Source: a virus
DNA length: 64,000 nucleotides
Reading direction: 5' to 3' (one strand)
Virus record (IMG/VR): IMGVR_UViG_3300025655_000024
Coordinates: 16,180 to 80,179 of that record
The notes beneath the pieces are model-generated. The model was not told the origin of the DNA. It did no database searches and was given only the letters and a program-made list of their open reading frames with translations. Shown here one piece after another: positions 39,712-49,338 of this stretch (its first letter is position 1; each line of letters begins with the position of its first letter). The position numbers and the translations under genes are program-made.

Positions 39712-40497
39712 TCATTGGTGATTACCGATCTTCTCAATGAGGAATGCGATTTCATTGAGCAATCCTGAGTCACCACCCATCTTGTGTAGTGTGGCTAAGG
39801 AATCCTCAATGGGTGCGAGGTTTGGCTCGCCTTTCCTGTCGCCACCATCAACCAAATTCATGTGCAGGGTGCTTCCGTTTTCGTCATAGCCCGTCTTAGC
39901 GAAAGCAAAAATTTTCGCTGTTTCACTGATTGGTGACGAAGCAGGGGCTTTTTCTGTGTAAAACGGAATAGTGCCGTTTGTTTGATACGGTTTTGCTTCA
40001 ACGGGCGTTCCACCCGAATAGTCAATGAATTGTGGTGAAATGTTTTCAACGCCACTTTCTTGTTGATATTTAGCGATGATTTCCGAAGTCAAATCCTCTT
40101 TCTTGACCTTCTTTGAATCGGCTTCTTCCTTATCCTTGATTTTATCCGAAATAAACGGATTTGGTGCTGATGCACCGCCCACATTCATTTGGGTTTTCAT
40201 GCTGTGGCGAGGCTTGTTCGTTCCTCCCGTTGATGACGAAACAGGGGCATCGCCTTTCTTGACTTCTTTGAATGGGATTTTCTTATCGCCACGATCAGAC
40301 TTGTAGTCGCCTGTTTCTTTGCCTTTCTTGGAGGCTTCAATTTTCTTGCCAACAGCCTTTTCCCAACCCGACAATTTGCCGTCTTTGTCACGGTCAGCCA
40401 AATGGGGTTTTTCCAAAGTCGCCTTTTCCAATTCCTTAACCAAAGCCAACAATTCTCCGTGTGGAGTCTTTGCGGGTTCGTGCCATCGTGGTTGCAT
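39712..40497 (-). CDS. Lys-rich hypothetical head-module protein
   Basis: Contains DRDKDGKLSGWEK; GGTGA SD. Confidence 0.6.
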   Translation of the reverse strand: MQPRWHEPAKTPHGELLALVKELEKATLEKPHLADRDKDGKLSGWEKAVGKKIEASKKGKETGDYKSDRGDKKIPFKEVKKGDAPVSSSTGGTNKPRHSMKTQMNVGGASAPNPFISDKIKDKEEADSKKVKKEDLTSEIIAKYQQESGVENISPQFIDYSGGTPVEAKPYQTNGTIPFYTEKAPASSPISETAKIFAFAKTGYDENGSTLHMNLVDGGDRKGEPNLAPIEDSLATLHKMGGDSGLLNEIAFLIEKIGNHQ

Positions 40498-40502
40498 TTT
40501 TA

Positions 40503-40877
40503 TCACCTGTAATTCCTGCTTGAAGGGCTACTTTTTGGAGGCATCGCTGCCTCCATTGATTGCCACATTCGCAATTCCTCATCGGCACTACGCTTTGTAA
40601 TCATAGCACCATCACCTGAATTAAAAGCGGAGGTGAAAGAACCTCCATCGCCCAATTCCCTGTTAAGTGGGTCATAGACTTCATCGGCCATTGGGGTAAT
40701 CGCCCGTAGCCAACCTGCCTTTCGCATCAATGTAGCGGGGTCATCCATAGCCTTCGTGAGCGTGGCGTTTTCGGATTTTAGTGAGGTGACTTCGGCACGA
40801 AGGCTTCTCACCTCAGCGACCAATTCCTTGAGCAAATCAGCGGTTGCTTCTCCAACGGACAATTCCTCACTCATCAC
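40503..40877 (-). CDS. Coiled-coil hypothetical protein
   Basis: LKELVAEVRSLRAEVTSLKSEN heptads; coupled start. Confidence 0.6.
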   Translation of the reverse strand: MMSEELSVGEATADLLKELVAEVRSLRAEVTSLKSENATLTKAMDDPATLMRKAGWLRAITPMADEVYDPLNRELGDGGSFTSAFNSGDGAMITKRSADEELRMWQSMEAAMPPKSSPSSRNYR

Positions 40878-41446
40878 ATACCACCCATCATCGGTCCGGG
40901 CATCGGCATACCGCCCGGTGGCATTCCCGCAGGGCCGGGTGAAGGCATATTCATCAACGAGGATAAGTCAGGCATACCCCCGCCCATTTCAGCACCCGGT
41001 GTGTGTTGAACCATAGCGGAGTCTTTCAAACGAATGACTTCGCACATATTGCGGATGTCCTCAACACGATCTCGCAAAGCCATCATAGAGTTAGCGTGTC
41101 CGAGAACGGTATCACCATCAAGGTTTTCGGAATATCGGGATTGGCCGATTGTTCCAATGTGTGCCGTAATGTCGGTGGCAAGATCGGTGAGGCGTTGCTC
41201 AAAATCGGACAGGGCTTCTTTGCTTGAGGAATACACTTTGCCCGATTGAGTGAGGGCATCCATTTCCTTTGGCGTTGGCGCACCCATTGACTCAGGTGGA
41301 GTCGGTGCGGGTGCGGGAGGTGAAACCTGTGCGGGCATCTGTGCCTGTTGTCCCGTTGGGTCGCCATCCTGTTTTCGCAACATCATGCTCTCACGCAAAG
41401 CGACCACTTTCATGCGGTCAGCAATTGATGGTGAAGCACGATACAT
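40874..41446 (-). CDS. Hypothetical protein with Pro/Met/Gly-rich ends
   Basis: In-operon ORF; likely start ATG 41446. Confidence 0.6.
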   Translation of the reverse strand: MYRASPSIADRMKVVALRESMMLRKQDGDPTGQQAQMPAQVSPPAPAPTPPESMGAPTPKEMDALTQSGKVYSSSKEALSDFEQRLTDLATDITAHIGTIGQSRYSENLDGDTVLGHANSMMALRDRVEDIRNMCEVIRLKDSAMVQHTPGAEMGGGMPDLSSLMNMPSPGPAGMPPGGMPMPGPMMGGM

Positions 41447-41451
41447 TTGAA

Positions 41452-41826
41452 TCAGTCCTGTTGTGGTCGCCAAAAGGTTGAGGAACGGCCATATCGGGAC
41501 ACTCCGAGAACGGTTGCCCCCTCAGTGCCGTCATAGTCGCTGACAGTGTTGCGGTGTTGTGCCACATTACCAAGAACACGCCCATCGCCTTGAACAACAC
41601 TCTCATCGCTCTTGGCAATTTGTGCCGTAGCCATGAAAGACTTGTGCAAATCCAAATCACGCTCAAGAATAGCGAGAGCATTCTTTGCCTCACTAATGTG
41701 CTTGGCAACATCATCGGTATTGTTGTGTGCGATTGCCTGTTGCATGGCTTCCATGCTCGCCAAAGCACGCCTTGCCATAGGATCCATTTTCGTAATCAGT
41801 CCAAAATCAAGAAAGCCTTCCGTCAT
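41452..41826 (-). CDS. Hypothetical protein
   Basis: In-operon ORF after the portal gene; GGAGG SD. Confidence 0.6.
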   Translation of the reverse strand: MTEGFLDFGLITKMDPMARRALASMEAMQQAIAHNNTDDVAKHISEAKNALAILERDLDLHKSFMATAQIAKSDESVVQGDGRVLGNVAQHRNTVSDYDGTEGATVLGVSRYGRSSTFWRPQQD

Positions 41827-41868
41827 CTCAATCAACCCTCCCCACACGCTTCACACAAATGAATGTTT

Positions 41869-43656
41869 TCATAAACCTAACCTCCGATTGAGGTTATTCA
41901 ATTTTTCATCAACATTGGATTCGGCAGGGCTTCTTTCACTTCGCCTGTCTTGAACGGTTTGGCTCATGTGATGCTCTCCGTCAAAGCGATTCACACGGTC
42001 AGGGCTTTTGCCACCACTTCTCCGTGAATGCAAATTCAATTGTGATTTGCCTCGTGTTCTCAATGGTCGCAAATCCGTTCCATGAGTGGTTGTCATAGCC
42101 GAGGGTATGGGGCGAGAGCCATGAATGTCATCCTCAACATTCCGTTTCCAAATTTCATCCATCGTTGGTGGTAAAATGTGGGATTTAGCCATCGCACCCC
42201 CACCTTGTTGCGGTGGCGCACCTTCAGGCGGTGGGCCTGTTTGCGGTGGTGGCGGTGGTGCTTCTTTGTAATCAAAGTGAAGGTAGCCATTGTCATCACG
42301 CAATTGAGCATCATAGCCCGCTTGCTTCATTTGCATCATGTTGCGGATAGCCATTTCATCCCTTCGCATAGCCATGATTTCATCCTCTTCCTCATGTGGA
42401 TTGAGAATGATTTCCCACTCGCTAATTTGAAGGGCTTCAAGCAATAGAGGGAATAGACGATTGTTATACAGGTTTTGACTTGAAGCCAAAGCCCGATTGG
42501 TGACGACAATTTGCATTCCTTCGTTGTTCAAACCACCGCCCGACACATCGTTCATAAACACATTTGATACACCGTAAAACGATGAAATGCGTTGGCGAAT
42601 GTCGTCTTTGATCGGGATGTATTGTAATTCTTCAAGGGTGTCCATCATACGCACATATTCAAGACCACCACGACCCGTTTCTGTTTCAACACCAACCGTA
42701 GGAATGTATTGTGGGTCACGCTCAAGGTGTTCCTGAATGTTGCGTGCGGTTCGCTCAACGGTTTCAAGGTTGGATGATTTAATCACCATCACACCTCTCG
42801 GCATCCGCCTCTTTTGGTAAGCCGAATACACATAATTGTCCATCGCAATCAGCGTGTTCACTTGTCGCCATAGTGTAGCAACGGGCGAGCGACCATACAA
42901 TTTTGAGGGCGACCATTTGCTCAAATGGATGACTTCGCCTTCGGTATAGACCTGTCCTGCACCAACACCTGCGAGGTTCATGTAATGAATGGGAACAACG
43001 GGTAATCCTGTTTTCGGACATTTCTCATCCTTGTCGCTTGTGCGGAATGACCTGTCCAACAGGCTCGTGTATTGCTTGCCCCCACGCACACCACGCTTAT
43101 CGGCAACAATACGCATGAAAATGGGGTCAGCACGAGTGATTTCTTTGATGCGGTAAAATTGTGGTTGTCCTGTGTTGGGATCCACGAAATACTCCTTCGT
43201 GAGAATCAGGTATGCGTCATCAACAATGTTCAAGTCCATTTCCACTTCACGAAGGACTTCAAGGAATGATTGCGACATTCGGTTGTCCTCGTGGAGAAGG
43301 GCGTTTGCATATTCCAATTGTCCCTTATCCGCATCACGAACCTCGCCTCCGCACATACGGCACGAGTCCACTGCCTTGTTGTATTCTTCATCGCACTCTC
43401 GGCACTTTTTCACAAATTTTGGTTTCCATGTCCAACCTTTGCGGAATGTTTCAGTCGCCAAGTGATTGAGAATTGAACGCAACACCAAACACTCGTATGA
43501 GGCAGCGTATAGTGCGGGGATGGTAATACCCTGCAACAATGGAGGCTCTTGGACACCTGTGGTGAACAATGGCATCTGTGGCGTGGGTGTTTCATGGCGT
43601 TCCATGTCCATGCCAAGAGCCGAAAACAAACGGTCAATGCGTTTCTTTTCACTCAT
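41869..43656 (-). CDS. Portal protein
   Basis: DLNIVDDAYL, EVIHLSKW..LYGRSPV, PRGVM, ISSFYGVS; downstream of terminase. Confidence 0.9.
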   Translation of the reverse strand: MSEKKRIDRLFSALGMDMERHETPTPQMPLFTTGVQEPPLLQGITIPALYAASYECLVLRSILNHLATETFRKGWTWKPKFVKKCRECDEEYNKAVDSCRMCGGEVRDADKGQLEYANALLHEDNRMSQSFLEVLREVEMDLNIVDDAYLILTKEYFVDPNTGQPQFYRIKEITRADPIFMRIVADKRGVRGGKQYTSLLDRSFRTSDKDEKCPKTGLPVVPIHYMNLAGVGAGQVYTEGEVIHLSKWSPSKLYGRSPVATLWRQVNTLIAMDNYVYSAYQKRRMPRGVMVIKSSNLETVERTARNIQEHLERDPQYIPTVGVETETGRGGLEYVRMMDTLEELQYIPIKDDIRQRISSFYGVSNVFMNDVSGGGLNNEGMQIVVTNRALASSQNLYNNRLFPLLLEALQISEWEIILNPHEEEDEIMAMRRDEMAIRNMMQMKQAGYDAQLRDDNGYLHFDYKEAPPPPPQTGPPPEGAPPQQGGGAMAKSHILPPTMDEIWKRNVEDDIHGSRPIPSAMTTTHGTDLRPLRTRGKSQLNLHSRRSGGKSPDRVNRFDGEHHMSQTVQDRRSERSPAESNVDEKLNNLNRRLGL

Positions 43657-44896
43657 GGGCAATCACCTCAAACGCTCGCTTCAATTTGTCCTCCGACATC
43701 CCCCACGCCTTAAGCAATTCAACCTGCTCTTTCTTTGAAGCGTAGGTGTAAGTCAAAAGACGCATAGCCGTTTCATCACCTTCATAGGATTTGAGCAAAA
43801 CCGCAGCATTCCTTTTGTTTTCATTCAAATAGGGATAGGCTTTGCGGGCTGCCTTTTGCACTGAAAGGTCGCCTTCAATGACGAATTGGCGATCTTCCCA
43901 CATAATGTTGCCCACGCCAAGACTCTCCTTTAACACAACGGTAAATTCATCACCTCTTTTGCTCGTGAACGGCAAAAACAAACGAGGCGAACCTGATGGC
44001 GTAATTTCCAAGTGTCCACCAACATCCCAAAGGTTAGCGATGAAATTGTCAGCATTTTTGAGCATGATTTTGGGGGACTGTTTGCCGTAAAGCAGTGCCT
44101 TTGAGTCATTATTCCTCGCTTTGCCAACCACTTCAATGTCAAACAAAAAGCCGTGTGATTTGATGAGCATGGCAATTTCAGCCGAAGTCGCTGTGCTATG
44201 TGATGCGAGCATTTGTGAAGTCATCCCACCATAATCGTCTATGTTTTGTGATGCTTTGCTCAATATGTCATATTCTCGTCGGCTCAAACGGCTTTCAGCG
44301 TTGAGTCGGTCAGACCATTCTTTCCATATTGCTTCTCGTGTTTCTTCGTCAGCGTTTCGTGACGAAACAACCGCTTTACGAAACAGGAATTCCAAGCGTT
44401 CACCATGCGTAGCGAGCATATTGAAATCGTTATCACGGACATCAATGTGTCCCCAATCGCTGTCACGCCACCATGAAAATTCTTTGAGCAAAGCATCCTG
44501 TTCCTGCTTCAACAAATTGATTAGGCGAGGGATAATGGCTTCTTCACCATTTTCCTGCATGATTTTGATTATTTGATCGCCACTTGTGCCAAAATTGTCC
44601 ATGAAATAACTGCGTGTTATTCCCACCGTTGGCGTTGCCGTTGTTCCCGGTTGGTCGGTTGGCATACCTTCGTTTTCGTTGCCTGAAAATCCTTGAATCT
44701 GTGAACCCGCTGTTGCTTGAGGTGGCATTTCCTGCTGTTGCTCTTGTTGGATGGTTTTGGCTTCCTCTTGTTTTGCTTCTTCCAATTCTTTGGTCTTTTC
44801 AGCAACCTTCTCCGAAGCCATTTGCTGATTGTTTGGCAACAATTTGAGGATGGCACTATCCATCGTATTCAGCATGGGATTCCATTCAATTTTCAT
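43649..44896 (-). CDS. Protein with C-terminal degenerate LAGLIDADG-like domain
   Basis: FIANLWDVGGHL..PRL..LGVGNI..YPYLNENKRNAAVLL. Confidence 0.55.
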   Translation of the reverse strand: MKIEWNPMLNTMDSAILKLLPNNQQMASEKVAEKTKELEEAKQEEAKTIQQEQQQEMPPQATAGSQIQGFSGNENEGMPTDQPGTTATPTVGITRSYFMDNFGTSGDQIIKIMQENGEEAIIPRLINLLKQEQDALLKEFSWWRDSDWGHIDVRDNDFNMLATHGERLEFLFRKAVVSSRNADEETREAIWKEWSDRLNAESRLSRREYDILSKASQNIDDYGGMTSQMLASHSTATSAEIAMLIKSHGFLFDIEVVGKARNNDSKALLYGKQSPKIMLKNADNFIANLWDVGGHLEITPSGSPRLFLPFTSKRGDEFTVVLKESLGVGNIMWEDRQFVIEGDLSVQKAARKAYPYLNENKRNAAVLLKSYEGDETAMRLLTYTYASKKEQVELLKAWGMSEDKLKRAFEVIAHE

Positions 44897-46329
44897 GCGT
44901 CAGCCCACCCTATTCGTTTTGTCCACGCCTCGCTGTCAAGAATCACGATGCTGTCTTTATACTCCTTCGTAGCCTGAACCGCAAGGGCGAGGGCAATAAC
45001 TGTATCGTCGTGTTTTCCAAGCGACTCCATTTTACCATTCGGCAACATGGTGAACATGGACAATTCGTTTATCAAAATGTCCATCAATCTTCGTGTAGCC
45101 CCATCCTCTTTGTAGGGCAAAATCAAATGCCGTTGTTCAAAGTGCAATTGAAGAGTGTGAATGACCGCTTCTTTTTTCATACGGCTCATGGTGAATGGTT
45201 TGATGGGCAAATCGCTGATTTCTTTCAACACTTGATGAAATGCCTGTGCGAAATTGTTGGTTTCCAATTCCACAATGACGGGATTGTAGCGAGTGTTTAA
45301 TTCTATGATTTTGTCAATTTGGTCGTTGAATGACATTCCTTTTTCACGGTGCATCCAAACCACACGCTTGTGTCGGTTTTCATCCACCGCAATCACGACC
45401 ATGCAGGTGTAGTCGGCTGAACGGTCAGGGCTGATTGCAGGATCCCAACCGATGTAATAATTCACATCCTCTCGGTTGGGGTCGGCATACGGGTCAAATT
45501 CAAACGCATATTCCAAGTCCTTGCATGGTTCAACCATATCTTCGGGGAATAGACTCGCATCGCTCGCAATTGGGCGACACAGGTATTCACGGGTAAATGC
45601 AATTGAAGTCATTTCGCTTCTTCGCCCTTGTAGTGCTTCAAGACTCCAACGCTCAGGCCACAGCGGTTCACCCGTCTGCTCACTAATGGCGGGGTATTCA
45701 CGGACTTGATAGCCACTCAAGCCTTTCAATTCTTGGTAAAGGTCGGTGTAGGAGAACGGAGTGCCGACAATGCACAATTGTGCCGAGTGGTGAAGCACAG
45801 GCAACAAAGCGGTGTAAAACCACGAAGCGATGTGTGCTAATTGTGTTGATGCTTCGCTTGACAGAATATCGTCAAGCACCACGATGTCAGGGTGCGCACC
45901 ACGCACAGCCTTACCGACTGACATAGCCGATATGGATGATTTGTTTGTCATTTTGAATTTCTGTTTCGCCCATCCTCGTGCGGGCTTCAAATGCGAAAGC
46001 ACAGGATTTGACTCAATCAATTCATTCATTTTCGCCATGTGTTCAATGGACTGATGCTGACTGTGTGAAAAGAATAGCACTTCTGTGCCGGGATTGTAAG
46101 CCATTTTCCATAGCAAATAGACTCGGTAAAACACCGATTTGCCGTGATCACGAGAAGCGATTACACAGGTTTTGTTGTGTTCCTCCGACATGGCAAACCA
46201 TTCTTCGTGAAAGTCGGCTAATTGATAGCCTTCTTCTTTGCCACAAATGTCCTCAAAAAAGAATTTGAAATCCCTGCGCCCCATTTCCCAATCCACTTTG
46301 TTGGCGAGGTCAAGGACACCTGCTGACAC
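44893..46329 (-). CDS. terL: Terminase large subunit
   Basis: SRDHGKS (Walker A), VVLDD (Walker B), VGTP, IGWDPA, HDDTVIALALA. Confidence 0.95.
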   Translation of the reverse strand: MSAGVLDLANKVDWEMGRRDFKFFFEDICGKEEGYQLADFHEEWFAMSEEHNKTCVIASRDHGKSVFYRVYLLWKMAYNPGTEVLFFSHSQHQSIEHMAKMNELIESNPVLSHLKPARGWAKQKFKMTNKSSISAMSVGKAVRGAHPDIVVLDDILSSEASTQLAHIASWFYTALLPVLHHSAQLCIVGTPFSYTDLYQELKGLSGYQVREYPAISEQTGEPLWPERWSLEALQGRRSEMTSIAFTREYLCRPIASDASLFPEDMVEPCKDLEYAFEFDPYADPNREDVNYYIGWDPAISPDRSADYTCMVVIAVDENRHKRVVWMHREKGMSFNDQIDKIIELNTRYNPVIVELETNNFAQAFHQVLKEISDLPIKPFTMSRMKKEAVIHTLQLHFEQRHLILPYKEDGATRRLMDILINELSMFTMLPNGKMESLGKHDDTVIALALAVQATKEYKDSIVILDSEAWTKRIGWADA

Positions 46330-46339
46330 GGGGCATCAC

Positions 46340-48442
46340 CTAAACCCAACCATTCGGCAAAAGTGAATAATTGACATCCGCATTGTTTTCTTTCAACAGA
46401 CTGTTTCGCATACCGCTTGGCAAAAGGGATAGGTTGGTGTCATGGCTCATTTTGAAGGTTTCACCAAACAATTCTTCCATTTCATCCATGAATTGTGGAT
46501 GCACTCTTTCAACCTCATCCATGTTATTTTTGATGTGGCTCATGGCTTCTTTCTTACCTTCTTGTGCATCAAGAATCAATTCCCCAACCTCTTCGGATGA
46601 CATATTGCGGATTGCTTTCATTGGAGTGGATTTTTCCTTCGCACCACCCTTTTCGCCACCCACTTTCGTGGTCGCTTCTGTGCTTTCACGAGTCGTTTTT
46701 CTTCGCTTGCTGCGTTTTGTGGCTTCGGTTTCAGTGGCCTTTTTGTCCTCAACAGGTGCGGATTCTTCTCCGCCCCCAAACAGTGTCGTTTGGTCTGTCG
46801 TTGGCAATTTAGTGGCTTGTTCCTCAACCTTTGGTTCGGTTTGCTTTACGCTCTCAGTCTGTTCTTGAGGTTGTCCGAAGCCTGAGTCCCTAATTGCTTC
46901 AAGCATAGCCCTTCCCATAGCGGTTTCATTTTCATCCAACGCACCTCTCGTTTCGCCCGGTTCGGGCAAATTGGTTTGTGGCTCAGGCTCTTTTTTCTTT
47001 GGCGTTCTCTTTCGCTTAGGGCGTTTGAAATTATCAATTATGTTTGGATTTTGGCGTTCCAATTTTTGCCCTGCTTTTGCTTGAGAAGTCCTTTGTGTTC
47101 CATCGCCTTCGGTCAATTTCAATGGAGAACGACCTTGCCCTAATTGTAGGGGATTCCGAATCGGCCCTGACCCTAACCGTTTTACCGAACCATCCTGCAT
47201 TGGTATTTCATCCAAAGGTTCAATTTTTTCTTCTCCCCTTGTTGAAAGTGCGGTGTTGCTTGGTTTTGGTGTAGGGACAGGCAAATGGTTGGGGTTAATT
47301 GGGCGTTTGTATTCCTGCGTGGTTGTTTTTTGTCGTGTCGGTGCAACCGCTTCACGCTTTTGATTTGGACTCAGTGTTTCACCACCAAGCCTTCGGTTCG
47401 CTTCGTTGAGAGTCGGTGTTGGTGTTTCTTCTAAAGTCGGCAATTCGGGGTATTTGCCCGCTTGACGAATGCGCTTCAATTCTCTAATTGCTTCGCCCGA
47501 AGTCATTTTACCACTGTTAATGGCGTTAATCCTTCGTTGTTCAATTTTCTTTCGCTTTGCTTCTATGTCTTTGTAGTTTTGGTTGCGAATTGGGTCTGTC
47601 CTGTCACCCAAATCACCTTGAGTGCGTGGATCCAATTCTTTCTGTTCACTTACCATAGGAATGTCGGTTATATCAAGTGGGCGTGTTGCTTCCTCGGTTG
47701 TTGCACCGACAGTGCGTTTTTCAGGGGCATTGACTCGTAGCATATCTTCCCTTTGATCTCTTTGTCCAAGTGTTTGAAACGCTTCTAACAAGTCTTGACG
47801 AGAAGGTGCTTGCCCTTTCTGTCTGTTTAGCGCGCTTCTCACCGCAGGGTTTTCACCCGGAAATTTGTATTGTCCTCCTTGACTCCACCAAGCAGAAGAA
47901 GGTGGCGAACCACTCACCTGTTCGGTGCTTTCAGTCACAGGTTGTTCAGTGTTGATTTCCTCTCGCCTCGGCACTTGGCTTGGTTCAAGCGGCCTTTCAG
48001 CACCGCCCCCTTGACCGAATCCACCCGGCCCTAAGTCAGCCATCGTTGGTGATTGACCGCTTATTCTTGACGAAGTTGCAGGAACATTAACATTACCTGT
48101 TGCTTGTCCGAATGGGTCATTAAACGCCTGTTCGTTTTGCTGTTGTCGTGTCGGCAAAGGAACACTGTCCGTTAATCTTTGCCCACCCATTTGTTGCAGG
48201 TTGTTTGACACGCTTTGCTGAGGTGTTTTCCTTTCTCCCACCTTATTCTTGATTCGTTGCATAAAACCGGGTCGTTGTTGGCGTGCTTGCATGGCTCGCA
48301 TTTGATCTTCAAAGCCTTTCGTCAAATCCCAAGCCATTGAAAATGCTGTGTCCTTTGTGATGACTTGACGGGGCTGACTCTTCCCCAACATTTCGGCACG
48401 AGCCTTGATGAGCAAATCGTCAAACCTATCCATGTCAATCAC
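46340..48442 (-). CDS. Low-complexity 700-aa protein, putative internal head protein
   Basis: Q/P/E/K/T-rich; AFSMAWDLTKG motif; two SLLPxG copies at the C-terminus. Confidence 0.6.
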   Translation of the reverse strand: MIDMDRFDDLLIKARAEMLGKSQPRQVITKDTAFSMAWDLTKGFEDQMRAMQARQQRPGFMQRIKNKVGERKTPQQSVSNNLQQMGGQRLTDSVPLPTRQQQNEQAFNDPFGQATGNVNVPATSSRISGQSPTMADLGPGGFGQGGGAERPLEPSQVPRREEINTEQPVTESTEQVSGSPPSSAWWSQGGQYKFPGENPAVRSALNRQKGQAPSRQDLLEAFQTLGQRDQREDMLRVNAPEKRTVGATTEEATRPLDITDIPMVSEQKELDPRTQGDLGDRTDPIRNQNYKDIEAKRKKIEQRRINAINSGKMTSGEAIRELKRIRQAGKYPELPTLEETPTPTLNEANRRLGGETLSPNQKREAVAPTRQKTTTQEYKRPINPNHLPVPTPKPSNTALSTRGEEKIEPLDEIPMQDGSVKRLGSGPIRNPLQLGQGRSPLKLTEGDGTQRTSQAKAGQKLERQNPNIIDNFKRPKRKRTPKKKEPEPQTNLPEPGETRGALDENETAMGRAMLEAIRDSGFGQPQEQTESVKQTEPKVEEQATKLPTTDQTTLFGGGEESAPVEDKKATETEATKRSKRRKTTRESTEATTKVGGEKGGAKEKSTPMKAIRNMSSEEVGELILDAQEGKKEAMSHIKNNMDEVERVHPQFMDEMEELFGETFKMSHDTNLSLLPSGMRNSLLKENNADVNYSLLPNGWV

Positions 48443-49338
48443 TTCCTGTATCGCAGGTAATCCATTCCTTTGTAAATGCGGTCAGCGGAGTCAAGCATAC
48501 CGATGTTCCAAAATGGTCGGCTTGCTGTCACAATTGTGGGGTCGGAGTTGGGGTCGGGGTTTTGAGGCACAGGGGGTTTTTCGTTTGCGGCTTCACCGGG
48601 TGCGGGCAAAGGCACACTTGGATTTGGTGCTTGACCGGGCAAAGGCACACTTGGGTTTTCAACGGGTGCAGGTGGTGCGCCCGCAGGTGCAGGGGCTTCA
48701 GGTGCAGGGGCTTCAGGTGCAGGGGCTTGTGGCTGTTGCCCTCCACCCTGCTGTCCCATTCGTGCTAACTGACCCATAGCCTGTTGCTGTTTCTGTTGAT
48801 TTTGGCGGTTTTTGAAATAATTCGTTCCCGCTTGAGCGAGTGCCGATAAACCACCTGTGGCAAGCATAGCCATTGGGTTATAGCCCATGCCACCCTGTGC
48901 TTTGGGCTGACCTTGAGCCTGTTGAGCGAGCAATTGAGCGTGCTGTTGAGCGTAGGCGTTGTCACCCCCACCCTGTTGTCCTCCTTGAGCCTGTTGTCCT
49001 GTCGCCTGTTGTAATTGCCCCATCATTTGATTGGCTCGTGTTTCACTGCGCTGACCTTTTCGCGCAGCCGACATCATATTTTGATAGCCTTGTTTTCCTT
49101 GTGGGATAGCCATTTGTTGATCGGGGGGTAAATTTTGATTTTTTTGTCGCACGATGTCAGCCATTTGTTGATTCATTTCGTTTTGTTGCGTAGGGTCTAA
49201 CCTATTGAATTGACGACCTGCTTGCCAATTGGCAAATTTGTCACCAATCATTTGTCCAAGACCCTTTTCCAAATCCTCACGCTCACGAATCATTCTCGCG
49301 CGTGCGAGTCTGTCAATACCGACGCTTCTGTTATTCAT
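48439..49338 (-). CDS. Gln/Pro-rich protein
   Basis: Coupled ORF with APEAP and NPSVPLP repeats. Confidence 0.6.
   Translation of the reverse strand: MNNRSVGIDRLARARMIREREDLEKGLGQMIGDKFANWQAGRQFNRLDPTQQNEMNQQMADIVRQKNQNLPPDQQMAIPQGKQGYQNMMSAARKGQRSETRANQMMGQLQQATGQQAQGGQQGGGDNAYAQQHAQLLAQQAQGQPKAQGGMGYNPMAMLATGGLSALAQAGTNYFKNRQNQQKQQQAMGQLARMGQQGGGQQPQAPAPEAPAPEAPAPAGAPPAPVENPSVPLPGQAPNPSVPLPAPGEAANEKPPVPQNPDPNSDPTIVTASRPFWNIGMLDSADRIYKGMDYLRYRK
48607..48729. repeat. Short coding tandem repeats
   Basis: CGGGCAAAGGCACACTTGG twice; GGTGCAGGGGCTT three times at 15-nt period. Confidence 0.8.

Noticed and set aside
39712-40497. EF-hand calcium-binding protein call from DRDKDG
   Set aside because: Single unpaired loop in a low-complexity protein; not enough to assign function.
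43649-46329. Intein or intron in terminase or portal
   Set aside because: Both have normal contiguous motifs and no splice-junction residues; the LAGLIDADG-like gene is free-standing.
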